The notes below the pieces were generated by a model, which did not search any database, was not told where the DNA came from, and was given only the letters and a program-made list of their open reading frames with translations. From positions 1 to 50,694 of IMG/VR virus record IMGVR_UViG_3300045136_000360: DNA of 50,694 nucleotides, one strand, 5' to 3'. Source of the stretch: a virus (lineage: Duplodnaviria > Caudoviricetes). Shown in pieces: positions 17,478 to 27,119 of this stretch. How positions within the stretch are numbered: position 1 is the first letter of the stretch; each line of letters opens with the position of its first letter. A program made the translations under genes and the position numbers.

Positions 17478-20400
17478 TGGTCCTCACCGCCCGGCCCGCG
17501 CCCGCGCCGGCCCTGCCCGGCGACGCGGCGCCTGATGCCGACGAGGGCATGCACGCCCTGGCCGACGCCGCCCTGCCCGTGTGGTCGGCCACGCTGCACG
17601 CCGGCTGGCGGCTCCTGGTGGGCGGGGTAGACGCTGGGAAGCTCGCGGGCTATCTGGCGGCGCGGGACGGGGAGAGCGCGCTGGATGCCTTCGATTGGGG
17701 GGGGCACCTGGCCTGGCTGCGAGGCCGGCTCACGCCGCTGGTGCGGGACCTGGCCTGGGACGCGGGGACCGAGGCCGGGGAGGTGCTGGGCGGGGCGATC
17801 CTGGCCGGGGCGGGGCGGCGGTTCGCGGAGGTGGGGAGCGTCACCTATCGGTTCGACGTGCTCAATCCACGGGTGCTGGACTGGATCGACCAGGGCGCGG
17901 CGGCGCTGGTGACGGAGATCGGGGAGGAGACGCGGGCGGCGCTGCGCGAACTTATCCGGCGGGCCTGGCTGGAGGGGATCGACGTGCCCACGCAGGCGCG
18001 GCTGATCGCCCAGTTCGTGGGGCTGCATTCCCGGCAGGCCGGCGCTGCCCTGAACCTGCAGAAGCGCCTCACGGCCGCCGCGTTGAAACCGTTCGCCGGC
18101 AAAAAGAGCCTGACCCCGAAGGAGGTCGCGGCCGTGGCGGCGGCGCTGGCGAAGGTGCAGGCGACCGTCGACCAGTACGTGGCCCGCGCCCGGCGGCAGC
18201 GGGCGGTGACAATCGCTCGGACCGAGACGATCCGGGCCGCCAACATGGGGCAGCAGTTGCTCTGGAAGCAGGCGGCCGACCAGGGCTTGCTGGTGCCGGG
18301 GCTGACGCGGCGGCGCTGGATCGTGACCCGCGACGATAAGCTCTGCCCCTACTGCCGGCGGCTGGTGGGGGTGACGGTCGGGCTCGACGAGCCATTCCCG
18401 ACCGAGTTCGGCCCCCGGCTGACCCCGCCGCTGCATCCCCGCTGCCGCTGCGCGATGGCGCTGGAGTTCGTGGAGGCCGCCGGGGCTGGGGAACGGGTGC
18501 GCGCGTCGGCCGCGGCCCCCGCCGTCCTGGTGGAAGGCGAGACGTATCAGCACGCGAACGGCGACCAGTACACCGTGGTGAAGGTGGCCAGCACCGGGGG
18601 GGCGGCCAAGATTCACTGGCTGACCGGGAGCAAGGCCGGCCAGGTCAAATGGGTGACGGGCTGGGACAAGCTGGTGGCGACCGGCAAGCATACGCTCGTC
18701 GCGGCCCCCGCGCCGCCGCCAGCCCCGATGATGGCCGTGGGCATGGTCTTCGAGCACCCGAGCGGGGACCAGTACACGGTGATCAGTATCGCCAGCACCG
18801 GCGGGGCGCAGAAAATCCAGTGGCTGACCGGGAGCAAGGCCGGCCAGGTCAAGTGGGTCACGGGCTGGGACAAGCTGGTGGCGACCGGCAAGCACCTGCC
18901 GGTGGGCGGCCACGGTGCGGCCCCCGCGCCCCCGCCCCCGCCGCCGGCTCCCGCCCCGGTGGCCCCGGCGGCCCCGGCGGCGCCATTCCCGGTGGGGACG
19001 AAGATCGAGATTTCCCCCGGCGATGAGTACCTGGTCGTGGACGCGACCGGGGGCGATGTTGTGCTGAAGAATCTGACCACCGGACTCACGCACACGGGAA
19101 AGGTGAGCATCCTCCAGAACCAGGTGACGAGCGGCGGGTGGAAGGTAACGCTGCCCGCAGGGGGAGCCGCCCCGGCCCAACCGCCGCCCGGCGCGCCGGG
19201 GAGTCCTGCTGTCGGGGACATTGTGGAACTCTCGGGGGGTGGCAAGATCAAGATCGTCGACAGTGGCGCTTACGGCTATTCGTTCGAATGGCTGACCGGG
19301 CCGCTGGCCGGCCAGCTGGATACCGTCGACACGGCAGTGCTGGACGCGCAGATCGCCACTGGCAACGCCAAGAAGGTGGTCGGTCCCGCCACCGCGCCAG
19401 GTGGGTTCGTCGCCGGTGGGACGTACCAGAACAGTCAGGGGGTGCAGTACACGGTCGTCAAAGCCCCCACGGCCGGCGGGGCGATGAAGATCGAGTACCT
19501 GACCGGCCCCAACGCCGGCAAGCAGAAATGGGTGACGGGCTGGGACGCCCAACTGGCGGCCGGCAAGCATAAGCCCCTGACCGTGGCGTCCCCGGCCGCC
19601 CCGCCATCGGGGAGCCCACCGGCCCCCGCGCCCGCGCCCCCACCGCCCCCGCCACCCCCACCGCCCCCGGCGGCGCCCCCCACGGTCACGGCGGGCGGGC
19701 CGAAGCCCTGGGAGACGCCGGACCCGCCGTTCGCGCTGTCGAGCCTGACGCCGAAAGCCCGCGGCAACGTGGGCGGCTACCACGAGAAGAGCATCTATAC
19801 CGACCAGCAGGGCCGGACCTGGATGTTCAAGCCGGATGAGACGGCCGGCTATGCCGAGCTCTCGGGCTACTGGGTGATGCACGCCCTGGGGATCGAGGCG
19901 CCGGAGGTCTACTACGTCACGCTGGGGGGCAAGAGGGGCACCCTCCAGCGCTTCCACGACGGCGTGACCGGGGATCTTGCCTACGACGAGGTGAAGGGGC
20001 TGAGCGCGGACCAGTTGGCCGACCTGCAGGTGCATCAGGTGATCGACTGGCTGATCTCCCAGCACGACACCAACCAGGGCGCGATCGTGAAGGGTCCGGG
20101 TGGCCGGCTGCTGGCGGTGGACAAAGGGCAGTCATTCAAGTTCCTGGGCCGCGACACCCTAGGGTGGCAATACAACCCCAACCTATTGAAGGTGATGTAC
20201 CGCCAGATGTGGGAGGACTACCTGGACGGGCGGATCGCGCTGGACCGGGGGGCCATCCAGGGGATCATCGACCGCATCGAGCGCCTGGACGATGACCTCT
20301 ACAAGCGCCTGCTGGCCCCCTACGCCCGCCACGCGGTGAAGCAGGGCTGGTACCCGACCGAGGATGCCTTCTATCAGAAGGCGCTGGCCCGCAAGCATGG

Positions 20401-22162
20401 CATCCGGGCCGACTTCGAGGACCTGTACCACCGGGCGGCGGCGGAGCGGCAGCGGCGGGGCCATGGGCTGCCGGCGCCGGCGCGCCGGCCCGTCACGCCG
20501 GTCGATCAGGGGCTGGCGAGCGACCTGGCCCGCACGGGGTGGGCGGGGCGGTCGATCCTGGTGCGGGGGCCGGAGTTCGAGAACGGGAACCTGCTGGCCT
20601 ACGTGGTCGAGATGGCCGGGGGCGGGCGGCGGCTGGTGCTGGAGGGGAAGGTGCGGCCGCAGGCAGAGGCGGCGCTGCTGGCCCGCCTGGACGTGGCTGG
20701 GGGGGCGGCCACGGCCGCCGCCCCGGTGGTGAACGATCCCATCTGGCCGAGCCTGCTGACGACGATCAAGCACGTGGCGCATCACCTGAAACCGACCTCT
20801 CCCGGCTACGACGGGAAGCTGAACCCGGCGAAGGTGACGCCCATCCAGCAGGCAGCGCAGGCGGTGGGGCAGTTGCCCGCCGGACCGATGCGGGACCACT
20901 ATGCCGGGATCATCCAGGAGATGACCGGGCATACGGTGGCGGAGGTGGCCGCGGCGAGCCTGCCGGAGTTGGACGCCTGGCTCAAGGCGGGCTACCAGGA
21001 CAAGGTCTATACGTTCTACGTGCCGCCGCCGCCCACCGCGAGCGCTGGCGCGGGGAGGGTGAAGGCGACCAGGGATCACCCCTGGCAGCACGACCTGCGG
21101 ATGGAGAACGGCCGGCTCGTGGAGGCCGGGGGGCGGCGAACGCTTCACGGCCAGACGATGCTGACCATCGACCTGGGGCACGGGCTGACGGCCACCTATA
21201 CTCCTCAGGGGGAGTTGATGAGCAGGGCTGGCCGGCTGCGCATCTACCGGGACAACTTCACCGGGACCGAGGCCGAGTTGCAGGAGGCGCTGAACCAGTT
21301 GCAGCGGCTGGGTCTGGACGGGACCCTGGCCGACGCCGCCGATGTTGAATTGCTGTACCTGCATCACCAGGCGCACGCGGCCAAAATGGAGCTCGACCCG
21401 GACTACCAGCGGGACGTGGTGCAGGCGATTGCCAGCCAGCCCGGCATGACCGTGGTGGAGCAGATCGCCGTGCATAAGGCGTTCTGGAACAAGCGGCTGG
21501 GCGTGGCCGACGTGGCCGCCCTGGCCAGCTACGACCCGATGCCGAAGTTCGACCGGGTATGGGCGCCGGGGGCGGGGGCGCGGCTGGAGGAGGGCGGCTG
21601 GGCCTACTGGACGCGGTTCGACATTACCGAGGCCGATCTGCAGCGGGAGATGGGGGACTATGGGTTGACGCACTCCCTCTCCAGTGATCTGGAGAGCTTC
21701 TTGACCACCGTGCTCGACAACAACGGGCACATGCTGAACACCGAGGAGCGGATCAGGACCGGAACGTTCGGCGGGGAGGGCATGAGCCCGGTCGCCGACA
21801 TGCAGACCGGCGGCGCGAGCTACGTGTTCACCCGGATCAAGCGGAAGTCGGAATGGGACCATGGGAACCTGGTGTTCGACCTGCGGCTGGCGCTGCGGAC
21901 GGATATCATCGCCTATGACAGCGACAAGTTCGGGCGGTCCGACGCCGCAACCAAACAGACGCGGATCGTTGACATAGCAGGGTGGAAGAGGTCGGCAACT
22001 CGTTCGGTGAACGAGTTGATCGTAAAAAACGGCTTCTCCATCCTCGAGCATCTGGTGCGGATCAACACGTTCGGTGGGGATCGGGCGAGGGTGATCAGGC
22101 TGTTCCGCGACCGTGGGATCACGCACATCAATGGGCGGAAGGTGGAGGATATCGTCGTCTAA
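17477..22162 (+). CDS. MuF (SPP1 gp7-like) minor head protein with repeat modules, a HipA/PI3K-like kinase domain and a putative C-terminal toxin domain
   Basis: RAVTIARTETIRAAN, W...DDKLCPYC, PPLHPRCRC (MuF); WMFKP, DWLISQHDTN, LLAVDKG (kinase-like); 1561 aa. Confidence 0.85.
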   Translation: MVLTARPAPAPALPGDAAPDADEGMHALADAALPVWSATLHAGWRLLVGGVDAGKLAGYLAARDGESALDAFDWGGHLAWLRGRLTPLVRDLAWDAGTEAGEVLGGAILAGAGRRFAEVGSVTYRFDVLNPRVLDWIDQGAAALVTEIGEETRAALRELIRRAWLEGIDVPTQARLIAQFVGLHSRQAGAALNLQKRLTAAALKPFAGKKSLTPKEVAAVAAALAKVQATVDQYVARARRQRAVTIARTETIRAANMGQQLLWKQAADQGLLVPGLTRRRWIVTRDDKLCPYCRRLVGVTVGLDEPFPTEFGPRLTPPLHPRCRCAMALEFVEAAGAGERVRASAAAPAVLVEGETYQHANGDQYTVVKVASTGGAAKIHWLTGSKAGQVKWVTGWDKLVATGKHTLVAAPAPPPAPMMAVGMVFEHPSGDQYTVISIASTGGAQKIQWLTGSKAGQVKWVTGWDKLVATGKHLPVGGHGAAPAPPPPPPAPAPVAPAAPAAPFPVGTKIEISPGDEYLVVDATGGDVVLKNLTTGLTHTGKVSILQNQVTSGGWKVTLPAGGAAPAQPPPGAPGSPAVGDIVELSGGGKIKIVDSGAYGYSFEWLTGPLAGQLDTVDTAVLDAQIATGNAKKVVGPATAPGGFVAGGTYQNSQGVQYTVVKAPTAGGAMKIEYLTGPNAGKQKWVTGWDAQLAAGKHKPLTVASPAAPPSGSPPAPAPAPPPPPPPPPPPAAPPTVTAGGPKPWETPDPPFALSSLTPKARGNVGGYHEKSIYTDQQGRTWMFKPDETAGYAELSGYWVMHALGIEAPEVYYVTLGGKRGTLQRFHDGVTGDLAYDEVKGLSADQLADLQVHQVIDWLISQHDTNQGAIVKGPGGRLLAVDKGQSFKFLGRDTLGWQYNPNLLKVMYRQMWEDYLDGRIALDRGAIQGIIDRIERLDDDLYKRLLAPYARHAVKQGWYPTEDAFYQKALARKHGIRADFEDLYHRAAAERQRRGHGLPAPARRPVTPVDQGLASDLARTGWAGRSILVRGPEFENGNLLAYVVEMAGGGRRLVLEGKVRPQAEAALLARLDVAGGAATAAAPVVNDPIWPSLLTTIKHVAHHLKPTSPGYDGKLNPAKVTPIQQAAQAVGQLPAGPMRDHYAGIIQEMTGHTVAEVAAASLPELDAWLKAGYQDKVYTFYVPPPPTASAGAGRVKATRDHPWQHDLRMENGRLVEAGGRRTLHGQTMLTIDLGHGLTATYTPQGELMSRAGRLRIYRDNFTGTEAELQEALNQLQRLGLDGTLADAADVELLYLHHQAHAAKMELDPDYQRDVVQAIASQPGMTVVEQIAVHKAFWNKRLGVADVAALASYDPMPKFDRVWAPGAGARLEEGGWAYWTRFDITEADLQREMGDYGLTHSLSSDLESFLTTVLDNNGHMLNTEERIRTGTFGGEGMSPVADMQTGGASYVFTRIKRKSEWDHGNLVFDLRLALRTDIIAYDSDKFGRSDAATKQTRIVDIAGWKRSATRSVNELIVKNGFSILEHLVRINTFGGDRARVIRLFRDRGITHINGRKVEDIVV

Positions 22163-22569
22163 TGGACGTGGGCGAGGTGCTGCGGAGGGTCGTGGAGGCG
22201 GGGGCAGTCGTGACGGCGCGACTGCCCTGGTCGGGGGAGGAGATCGGCCCCTACCCGGTGGACTGGCTGCGCTTCGATGGGCGGCAGGTGGCCTGGCTGT
22301 GGACGGGGGAGGGGGCGCGGCTGCACGAGTTCGAGGTGTCCGGGGTCGAGGTGGACGCGGAGGATAGCATCGTCACCATCCGGACGGGCGGGGAGGATGG
22401 GGTGGTGCTGGTGGTGGAGTGGGGCTGGGACCCGGCGGCGCGGGCGACGCTGGACGCATGGGTGGCAGCGCTGGCGCGGGGGGAGGCGTCGCGGGTGTAC
22501 CCGGAGGGGGGCTGGTGGTATGCCGGCATACCGGACGATTCTCGAACGCCGTCGCCAGTCGGACGGTGA
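22162..22569 (+). CDS. hypothetical protein, candidate immunity protein
   Basis: TAATG-coupled to the MuF gene; acidic, 135 aa. Confidence 0.65.
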   Translation: MDVGEVLRRVVEAGAVVTARLPWSGEEIGPYPVDWLRFDGRQVAWLWTGEGARLHEFEVSGVEVDAEDSIVTIRTGGEDGVVLVVEWGWDPAARATLDAWVAALARGEASRVYPEGGWWYAGIPDDSRTPSPVGR

Positions 22570-22840
22570 GTGGCGACCGCTGGTGGCCTGGGGCTGGGCC
22601 GGGCGGGGTCTGGTGCGGGTGATGGTTGCCCACGGGGAGCGGGCGCTGGCGGCGGGGTATGCGGCCATCCTGACCGAGATGCGGGGGCGGGGCCTGACCG
22701 AGAGCGACATCTGGCAGGCGATCCGGGACGGGACGCCCGGCTATACGGTGCTGCGGGATGCGGAGCGCATAATCGAGGCCCCGAGCCTGGCCAGGGCGAT
22801 GGGGGAGGCGCTGTATGCCGGGCGGCCGGCGGGGGGATAG
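22520..22840 (+). CDS. hypothetical protein
   Basis: 3' part of ORF 22277..22840 with GGAGG upstream of the ATG. Confidence 0.55.
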   Translation: MPAYRTILERRRQSDGEWRPLVAWGWAGRGLVRVMVAHGERALAAGYAAILTEMRGRGLTESDIWQAIRDGTPGYTVLRDAERIIEAPSLARAMGEALYAGRPAGG

Positions 22841-22845
22841 GCGGG

Positions 22846-23037
22846 ATGGTGGTCGATCTGGTCAAGCAGGCGATCATGGAGGAGATCGAGCGGCACCGAG
22901 AGCGGTTGGAGGCTGATCGGTCGCTGACCCGGATCGATGTGGTGGTCAAATTGGACTACCGAACGCGGGAGCCGGCGGTGATCCTGCTGCGGACCGAGGG
23001 GGAGCGGCTGGTCGGACGGGCGCGCCGGTCCGGGTGA
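22846..23037 (+). CDS. hypothetical protein
   Basis: 63-aa ORF with plausible composition. Confidence 0.55.
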   Translation: MVVDLVKQAIMEEIERHRERLEADRSLTRIDVVVKLDYRTREPAVILLRTEGERLVGRARRSG

Positions 23038-23109
23038 CGTTGCGAAACTCAAGGGGATCACATACACTCTAAGGGACAGGACAACGCTGCTCCGCCACAG
23101 GAGAAGGGT

Positions 23110-23153
23110 CGGCGGCGGTCCCCTGGGATGAGGGGGCTGCCGCCGTTATGTTT
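23110..23153 (+). terminator. GC-rich hairpin / possible terminator upstream of the protease gene
   Basis: CGGCGGCGGTCCCT...AGGGGGCTGCCGCCG followed by TTATGTTT. Confidence 0.45.
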
Positions 23154-23170
23154 GTCCGGTTGGAGGCGCG

Positions 23171-25246
23171 ATGCCCTATTCGGGTCCGAACGATCCCGAC
23201 CTGCCGGCCAACGTGCGAACGCTGCCCGAGGGGGAGCGGGCGCGCTGGGTGGCCGTGTGGAATGACGCCTACCGGGCATGCCGGGAGCGTGGGGGGAAGG
23301 ACTGCGAGGGCGCGGCCTTCCGGACGGCCAACGGCGCGCTCAAGAGATCGGCCAATCAGCCCGACGCGGGGGATGTGCACATGCCACAGCCGGTCAAGGT
23401 GAAGCGGGACCGGGATGCGAAACCGACGCGCTACTTCCTGGCCCGCCTGCGGGACCTGCTCAAGGAGTACGTGGGCAAGGGCGAGATGACCGACCAGGAC
23501 TACGCGGCGGCCGTGCGCAAGGCGCGGGCGCACGCCGGGGGGATGATGCGGGCGCGGCGGCGCTCCGAGATGGCCGCCCACTGCGGGATGCCCCACGCGG
23601 GGGAGAGGCAGGCCGCCGAGGATGACGGGGAGCACACCGGCCTGATCGTGGCGCTGTGGGTGCCGGCGCCGCAGGCCGACCTGCTGGCGGTCGCGGGTGG
23701 GGAGCCGGCGGCGGACCTGCATCTGACGCTGGCCTACCTGGGGGAGAGCACGCCGGACCTGGCGGCCAAGGTGCACACGGCGGTCGGGCGCTTCTGCGAA
23801 CGGCGCGGCCCGGTGACGGCGACGGTGAGCGGCATCGGGCGCTTCGCTGCCCCGGCCGGCGAGGATGACGCCTATGAAGCGGTGTACGCCTCGGTGGACT
23901 GTCCCTACCTGGGCCGGCTGCGGGAGGAGTTGATCGACTGCCTGATGGCCTGCGGACTGCCGGTGTCGATGGATCACGGGTTCACCCCCCACATCACGCT
24001 GGCCTACGTCCCGGCCGGCGAGCCGTCGCCCATCGACCAGGTGGAGCCGATGGAGATGCGCTTCACGACCGTCTGTGTGGCGGCCGGCGAGGACCGGACG
24101 GAGTTCGCCCTGGCCGGCCCCGACCCGCACGCGGCCAATGGCGGCCTCTACCCCGGCATGATGCCGGCCGCCTACCGCGAGGTGCACGACCTGGTCGCCC
24201 GGCGGGAGGGGCAGACGCACCGGCTGTTCCTGGAGGCGCGGTTCGGGGAAGCGCCGGAGTGGATTCCGGTGCTGCCGGCGCCGGGGACCTATGCCCACCC
24301 GCGCTATGGGGAGATCGTCATCACCCGCGCGCGCAATGAGCGGTTCGTGCAGCAGTTCAACGGCGGGGTGTACCAGAGCCAGGTGCCGGTGGATGCCGAG
24401 CACGAGACGAAGCTGTCCGGGGCCTGCGGGTGGATCACGGAGCTCCGGCTGAATGCGGACGGCTCGGCTGACGCGCGGGTGGAGTGGACGGACCGGGGGA
24501 TCGCCCTGATGGAGGGCGGCCGGTTCAAATACGTGAGCCCCGAGTGGTACGACGAATGGACGGACCCGGCCACGCGGCAGGTGCATCGGGACGTGTTGAT
24601 CGGGGCCGCCCTGACCACGCGACCATTTTTCAAGGAGGGGGCCTTGCGGTCCCTGGTGGCCTCGGAGCGGGGGCTGGAGTGGCCCGATGAGGCGGCCGGG
24701 ACGGACGGCCGCGGTGATCAGGAGGAGAGCAGGATGGCGGAGCAGCAGGTGGCGATGACGGAGGAGCAGGCCCGGCGGTTCGCGGAGATGGAGCGGCAGC
24801 TTACCGAGGCGCAGGCGCAGGCCAAGCAGCTCGCGGAGCGGCTGGCGAGCCAGGAGCGGGCGGCCCGGACCAAGCGGTTCACCGATGAGGTGCTGGGCCG
24901 GTCGGATGAGAACGGCCACGCCTGGACGGTGGGTGAGGTGAAGGCGCACGTGACCTTCATGGAGAAGCTGGCGCTCGCTTTCGGCGAGCAGAGCGAGGAG
25001 TTGGCCTACTACATCGCCACGATGCGGTCGGCGACCGAGCAGGCGCGCCAGGGCAAGCTGTTCGCGGAGGTGGGCACGGACGCCACCCGGCCGGCCGGCG
25101 AGGACGCGGTGGCGCGGGCGCGGGGCCTGGCGGCCAAGCGGGCGGCGGAGGAGAGGATCAGCCTGGGCGACGCCCTGGGGCTGGTCTTCCAGGAGGACCC
25201 GGCGCTGTACGCGGCCTACACCGCGCAGACCACGCAGACGCTCTAA
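23171..25246 (+). CDS. ChaB-like + 2H phosphoesterase + Mu gpI-like prohead protease/scaffold fusion
   Basis: MPY...LPANVR.LP...W..VWNDAY; HLTL (23720) and HITL (23990); VDAEH, ACGWI, YVSPE, GAALTTRPF; coiled-coil tail. Confidence 0.85.
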   Translation: MPYSGPNDPDLPANVRTLPEGERARWVAVWNDAYRACRERGGKDCEGAAFRTANGALKRSANQPDAGDVHMPQPVKVKRDRDAKPTRYFLARLRDLLKEYVGKGEMTDQDYAAAVRKARAHAGGMMRARRRSEMAAHCGMPHAGERQAAEDDGEHTGLIVALWVPAPQADLLAVAGGEPAADLHLTLAYLGESTPDLAAKVHTAVGRFCERRGPVTATVSGIGRFAAPAGEDDAYEAVYASVDCPYLGRLREELIDCLMACGLPVSMDHGFTPHITLAYVPAGEPSPIDQVEPMEMRFTTVCVAAGEDRTEFALAGPDPHAANGGLYPGMMPAAYREVHDLVARREGQTHRLFLEARFGEAPEWIPVLPAPGTYAHPRYGEIVITRARNERFVQQFNGGVYQSQVPVDAEHETKLSGACGWITELRLNADGSADARVEWTDRGIALMEGGRFKYVSPEWYDEWTDPATRQVHRDVLIGAALTTRPFFKEGALRSLVASERGLEWPDEAAGTDGRGDQEESRMAEQQVAMTEEQARRFAEMERQLTEAQAQAKQLAERLASQERAARTKRFTDEVLGRSDENGHAWTVGEVKAHVTFMEKLALAFGEQSEELAYYIATMRSATEQARQGKLFAEVGTDATRPAGEDAVARARGLAAKRAAEERISLGDALGLVFQEDPALYAAYTAQTTQTL

Positions 25247-25258
25247 GGGGAGGGTGAG

Positions 25259-25660
25259 ATGGCGATCGAGAGCAATGAGGTCTTCGACTACGGGCAGATG
25301 ACGGCGAACGCCGACCTGAGCGCCAAGCAGTACTACTTCGTCAAGGTCGCGTCGGCCACGCAGGTGGCCCTCTGCGCGGCGGCGACCGACCGGGCGCTGG
25401 GCGTGCTGCGGAACAAGCCCAAGAGCGGCGAGGCGGCGCTGGTGCGGGTGCTGGGCGTGGCGAAGGTGGTCTCCGATGGGTCGGTCACCGCGATCGCGGC
25501 CGGCGATTATGTTGGGCCGAACGCCGCCGGCAAGGCGGTGAAGAAGGCGATCGCGGACTACTCGGTGGCCGGCATTGCCCTGGAGGCCAGCGCGGCGGAC
25601 GGGGCGGTGATCTCGGTGCTGCTGATCCCCGGAGCGTTCTTCCGGACGGCGGCGGGCTAA
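25259..25660 (+). CDS. capsid decoration/cement protein (DUF2190-like)
   Basis: Ala/Gly-rich 133 aa between protease and capsid; GIALEASAADG.VISVLL. Confidence 0.75.
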   Translation: MAIESNEVFDYGQMTANADLSAKQYYFVKVASATQVALCAAATDRALGVLRNKPKSGEAALVRVLGVAKVVSDGSVTAIAAGDYVGPNAAGKAVKKAIADYSVAGIALEASAADGAVISVLLIPGAFFRTAAG

Positions 25661-25707
25661 TCGCTGGTGTGAGGTGCCCGGCCACCGGGCAAGAGGGGGA
25701 ATGACCG

Positions 25708-26661
25708 ATGCAGCCAACCGCTCGTGATCTGCACGTCGATGCGCTCCTGACGGAGCTCAGCATCGGCTACACCAACCCGGAGTACATCGCCGACCGGATT
25801 TTCCCGCTGGTGCGGGTAAACAAGCAGTCGGACATCGTGCCGAAGTACGACCAGAGCCACTGGTTCCGCAACCTGGCCGCGCCGCGGGCGCCGGGCGGGC
25901 GCTCGGCCCGGTCCGGGTGGACGGTGAACAACAGCGATACCTACTTCGCGATGCGGTACTCGATAGGCCACGAGATCCCGGATGAGGTGCGGGACAACGC
26001 CGACGCCCCGTACAACGTCGACCGGGACGCGGTGGCCTTCGTGACCGACAAGATTCTGATGAACCGGGAGGTCTCGTTCGCCAGCGACTTCTTCAAGACC
26101 GGGGTGTGGGGCGCGGACAAGACCGGCGGGGTCGATTTCACCAAGTGGAGCGACTACGCCTCCAGCTCGCCACTGGTCGATTTCACCACCTTCCGGGACC
26201 TGGTGGAATTGAAGATCGGGCGGGAGCCGAACACGCTGGTGCTGGGCAAGCCGGCGTGGAACAAGCTGAAGTGGCACCCGGACCTGATCGACCTGATCAA
26301 GCACACCCAGCGGGGCCAACTCTCGGTGGACCTGTTCGCCACGCTGACGGAGTTCTCGCGGGTGCTGATCGGCAAGGCGATCTACACCACGAGCGCCGAG
26401 GGGACCGCGGAGGGGAGCGTCACCTACACGCGCATCTGGGACGATGACGCGCTGATGCTGTGGGTGCCGGAGGCGGCGAGCCTGCTGACCCCGGCCGCCG
26501 GCTACACGTTCGTCTGGCAAAGGGTGCCGAACATGATCCAGTACATCAAGCGGATGCGGGACGAGGAGCGCGAGGTCGATATTATCGAGGCCAACACCTA
26601 CTACGACCAGAAGGTGACGGCCGCCCGCGCCGGGCTGTTCATGGCCGATGCGGTGGACTAA
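25708..26661 (+). CDS. major capsid protein (lambda gpE-like)
   Basis: LTELSIGY.N..YIADRIFP.V.V.KQS, KWSD...S.P, PNTLVLG, LKWHP; position in the head operon. Confidence 0.85.
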   Translation: MQPTARDLHVDALLTELSIGYTNPEYIADRIFPLVRVNKQSDIVPKYDQSHWFRNLAAPRAPGGRSARSGWTVNNSDTYFAMRYSIGHEIPDEVRDNADAPYNVDRDAVAFVTDKILMNREVSFASDFFKTGVWGADKTGGVDFTKWSDYASSSPLVDFTTFRDLVELKIGREPNTLVLGKPAWNKLKWHPDLIDLIKHTQRGQLSVDLFATLTEFSRVLIGKAIYTTSAEGTAEGSVTYTRIWDDDALMLWVPEAASLLTPAAGYTFVWQRVPNMIQYIKRMRDEEREVDIIEANTYYDQKVTAARAGLFMADAVD

Positions 26662-26697
26662 AACCCTAGGATGCGATTGATACTCTAGGATGAGGGC

Positions 26698-26731
26698 GGG
26701 GGGCCGGCCACCATCAGACGGCCGGCCCCCC
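26698..26731 (+). terminator. 12-bp-stem hairpin after the capsid gene
   Basis: GGGGGGCCGGCC-10 nt-GGCCGGCCCCCC, no U tract. Confidence 0.5.
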
Positions 26732-26744
26732 TGCGGAGGGCGAG

Positions 26745-27104
26745 ATGCCACGTCGACAGGGGGAGCCGACGCCGATGCCGGTGGATGCGTACACGCACGT
26801 CGCCAGGTGGCCGATGACCTACAACGGCCAGGAGCTTGACCGGGGGCAGGCGTTCCGGGTGATCGGGGCGCGCAACGATGAGAAGCTGGTCCGGCTGGGC
26901 TATATCGCGGAGCTTGCGCCGGTGGCGGAGCTCTACGAGTGTGGGGTGTGTGGGGCGCGGTTCATCGGCCTGGGGGAGCGGCAGGGCCACGGTGACAAGC
27001 GGCACTCCCCGGTCCCCCGCACTCCCGAGGAAGAGGAAGCGCGGCAGGAGCGGGAGGAGCGACTGCTGCTGGAGACGAGCCCGCTGGGCGCGGGCGCCCG
27101 CTAG
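26745..27104 (+). CDS. hypothetical protein with a C2H2-like zinc finger
   Basis: YECGVCGARF...H...H. Confidence 0.65.
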   Translation: MPRRQGEPTPMPVDAYTHVARWPMTYNGQELDRGQAFRVIGARNDEKLVRLGYIAELAPVAELYECGVCGARFIGLGERQGHGDKRHSPVPRTPEEEEARQEREERLLLETSPLGAGAR

Positions 27105-27119
27105 GGCAGGGAGGACCGG

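Noticed and set aside
18563-18894. Diversity-generating retroelement TR/VR pair
   Set aside because: Both copies are in-frame protein repeats, differences are not adenine-specific, and no reverse transcriptase is present.
19600-19685. C-rich low-complexity tract as a regulatory repeat
   Set aside because: Explained by a poly-proline linker in the MuF protein.
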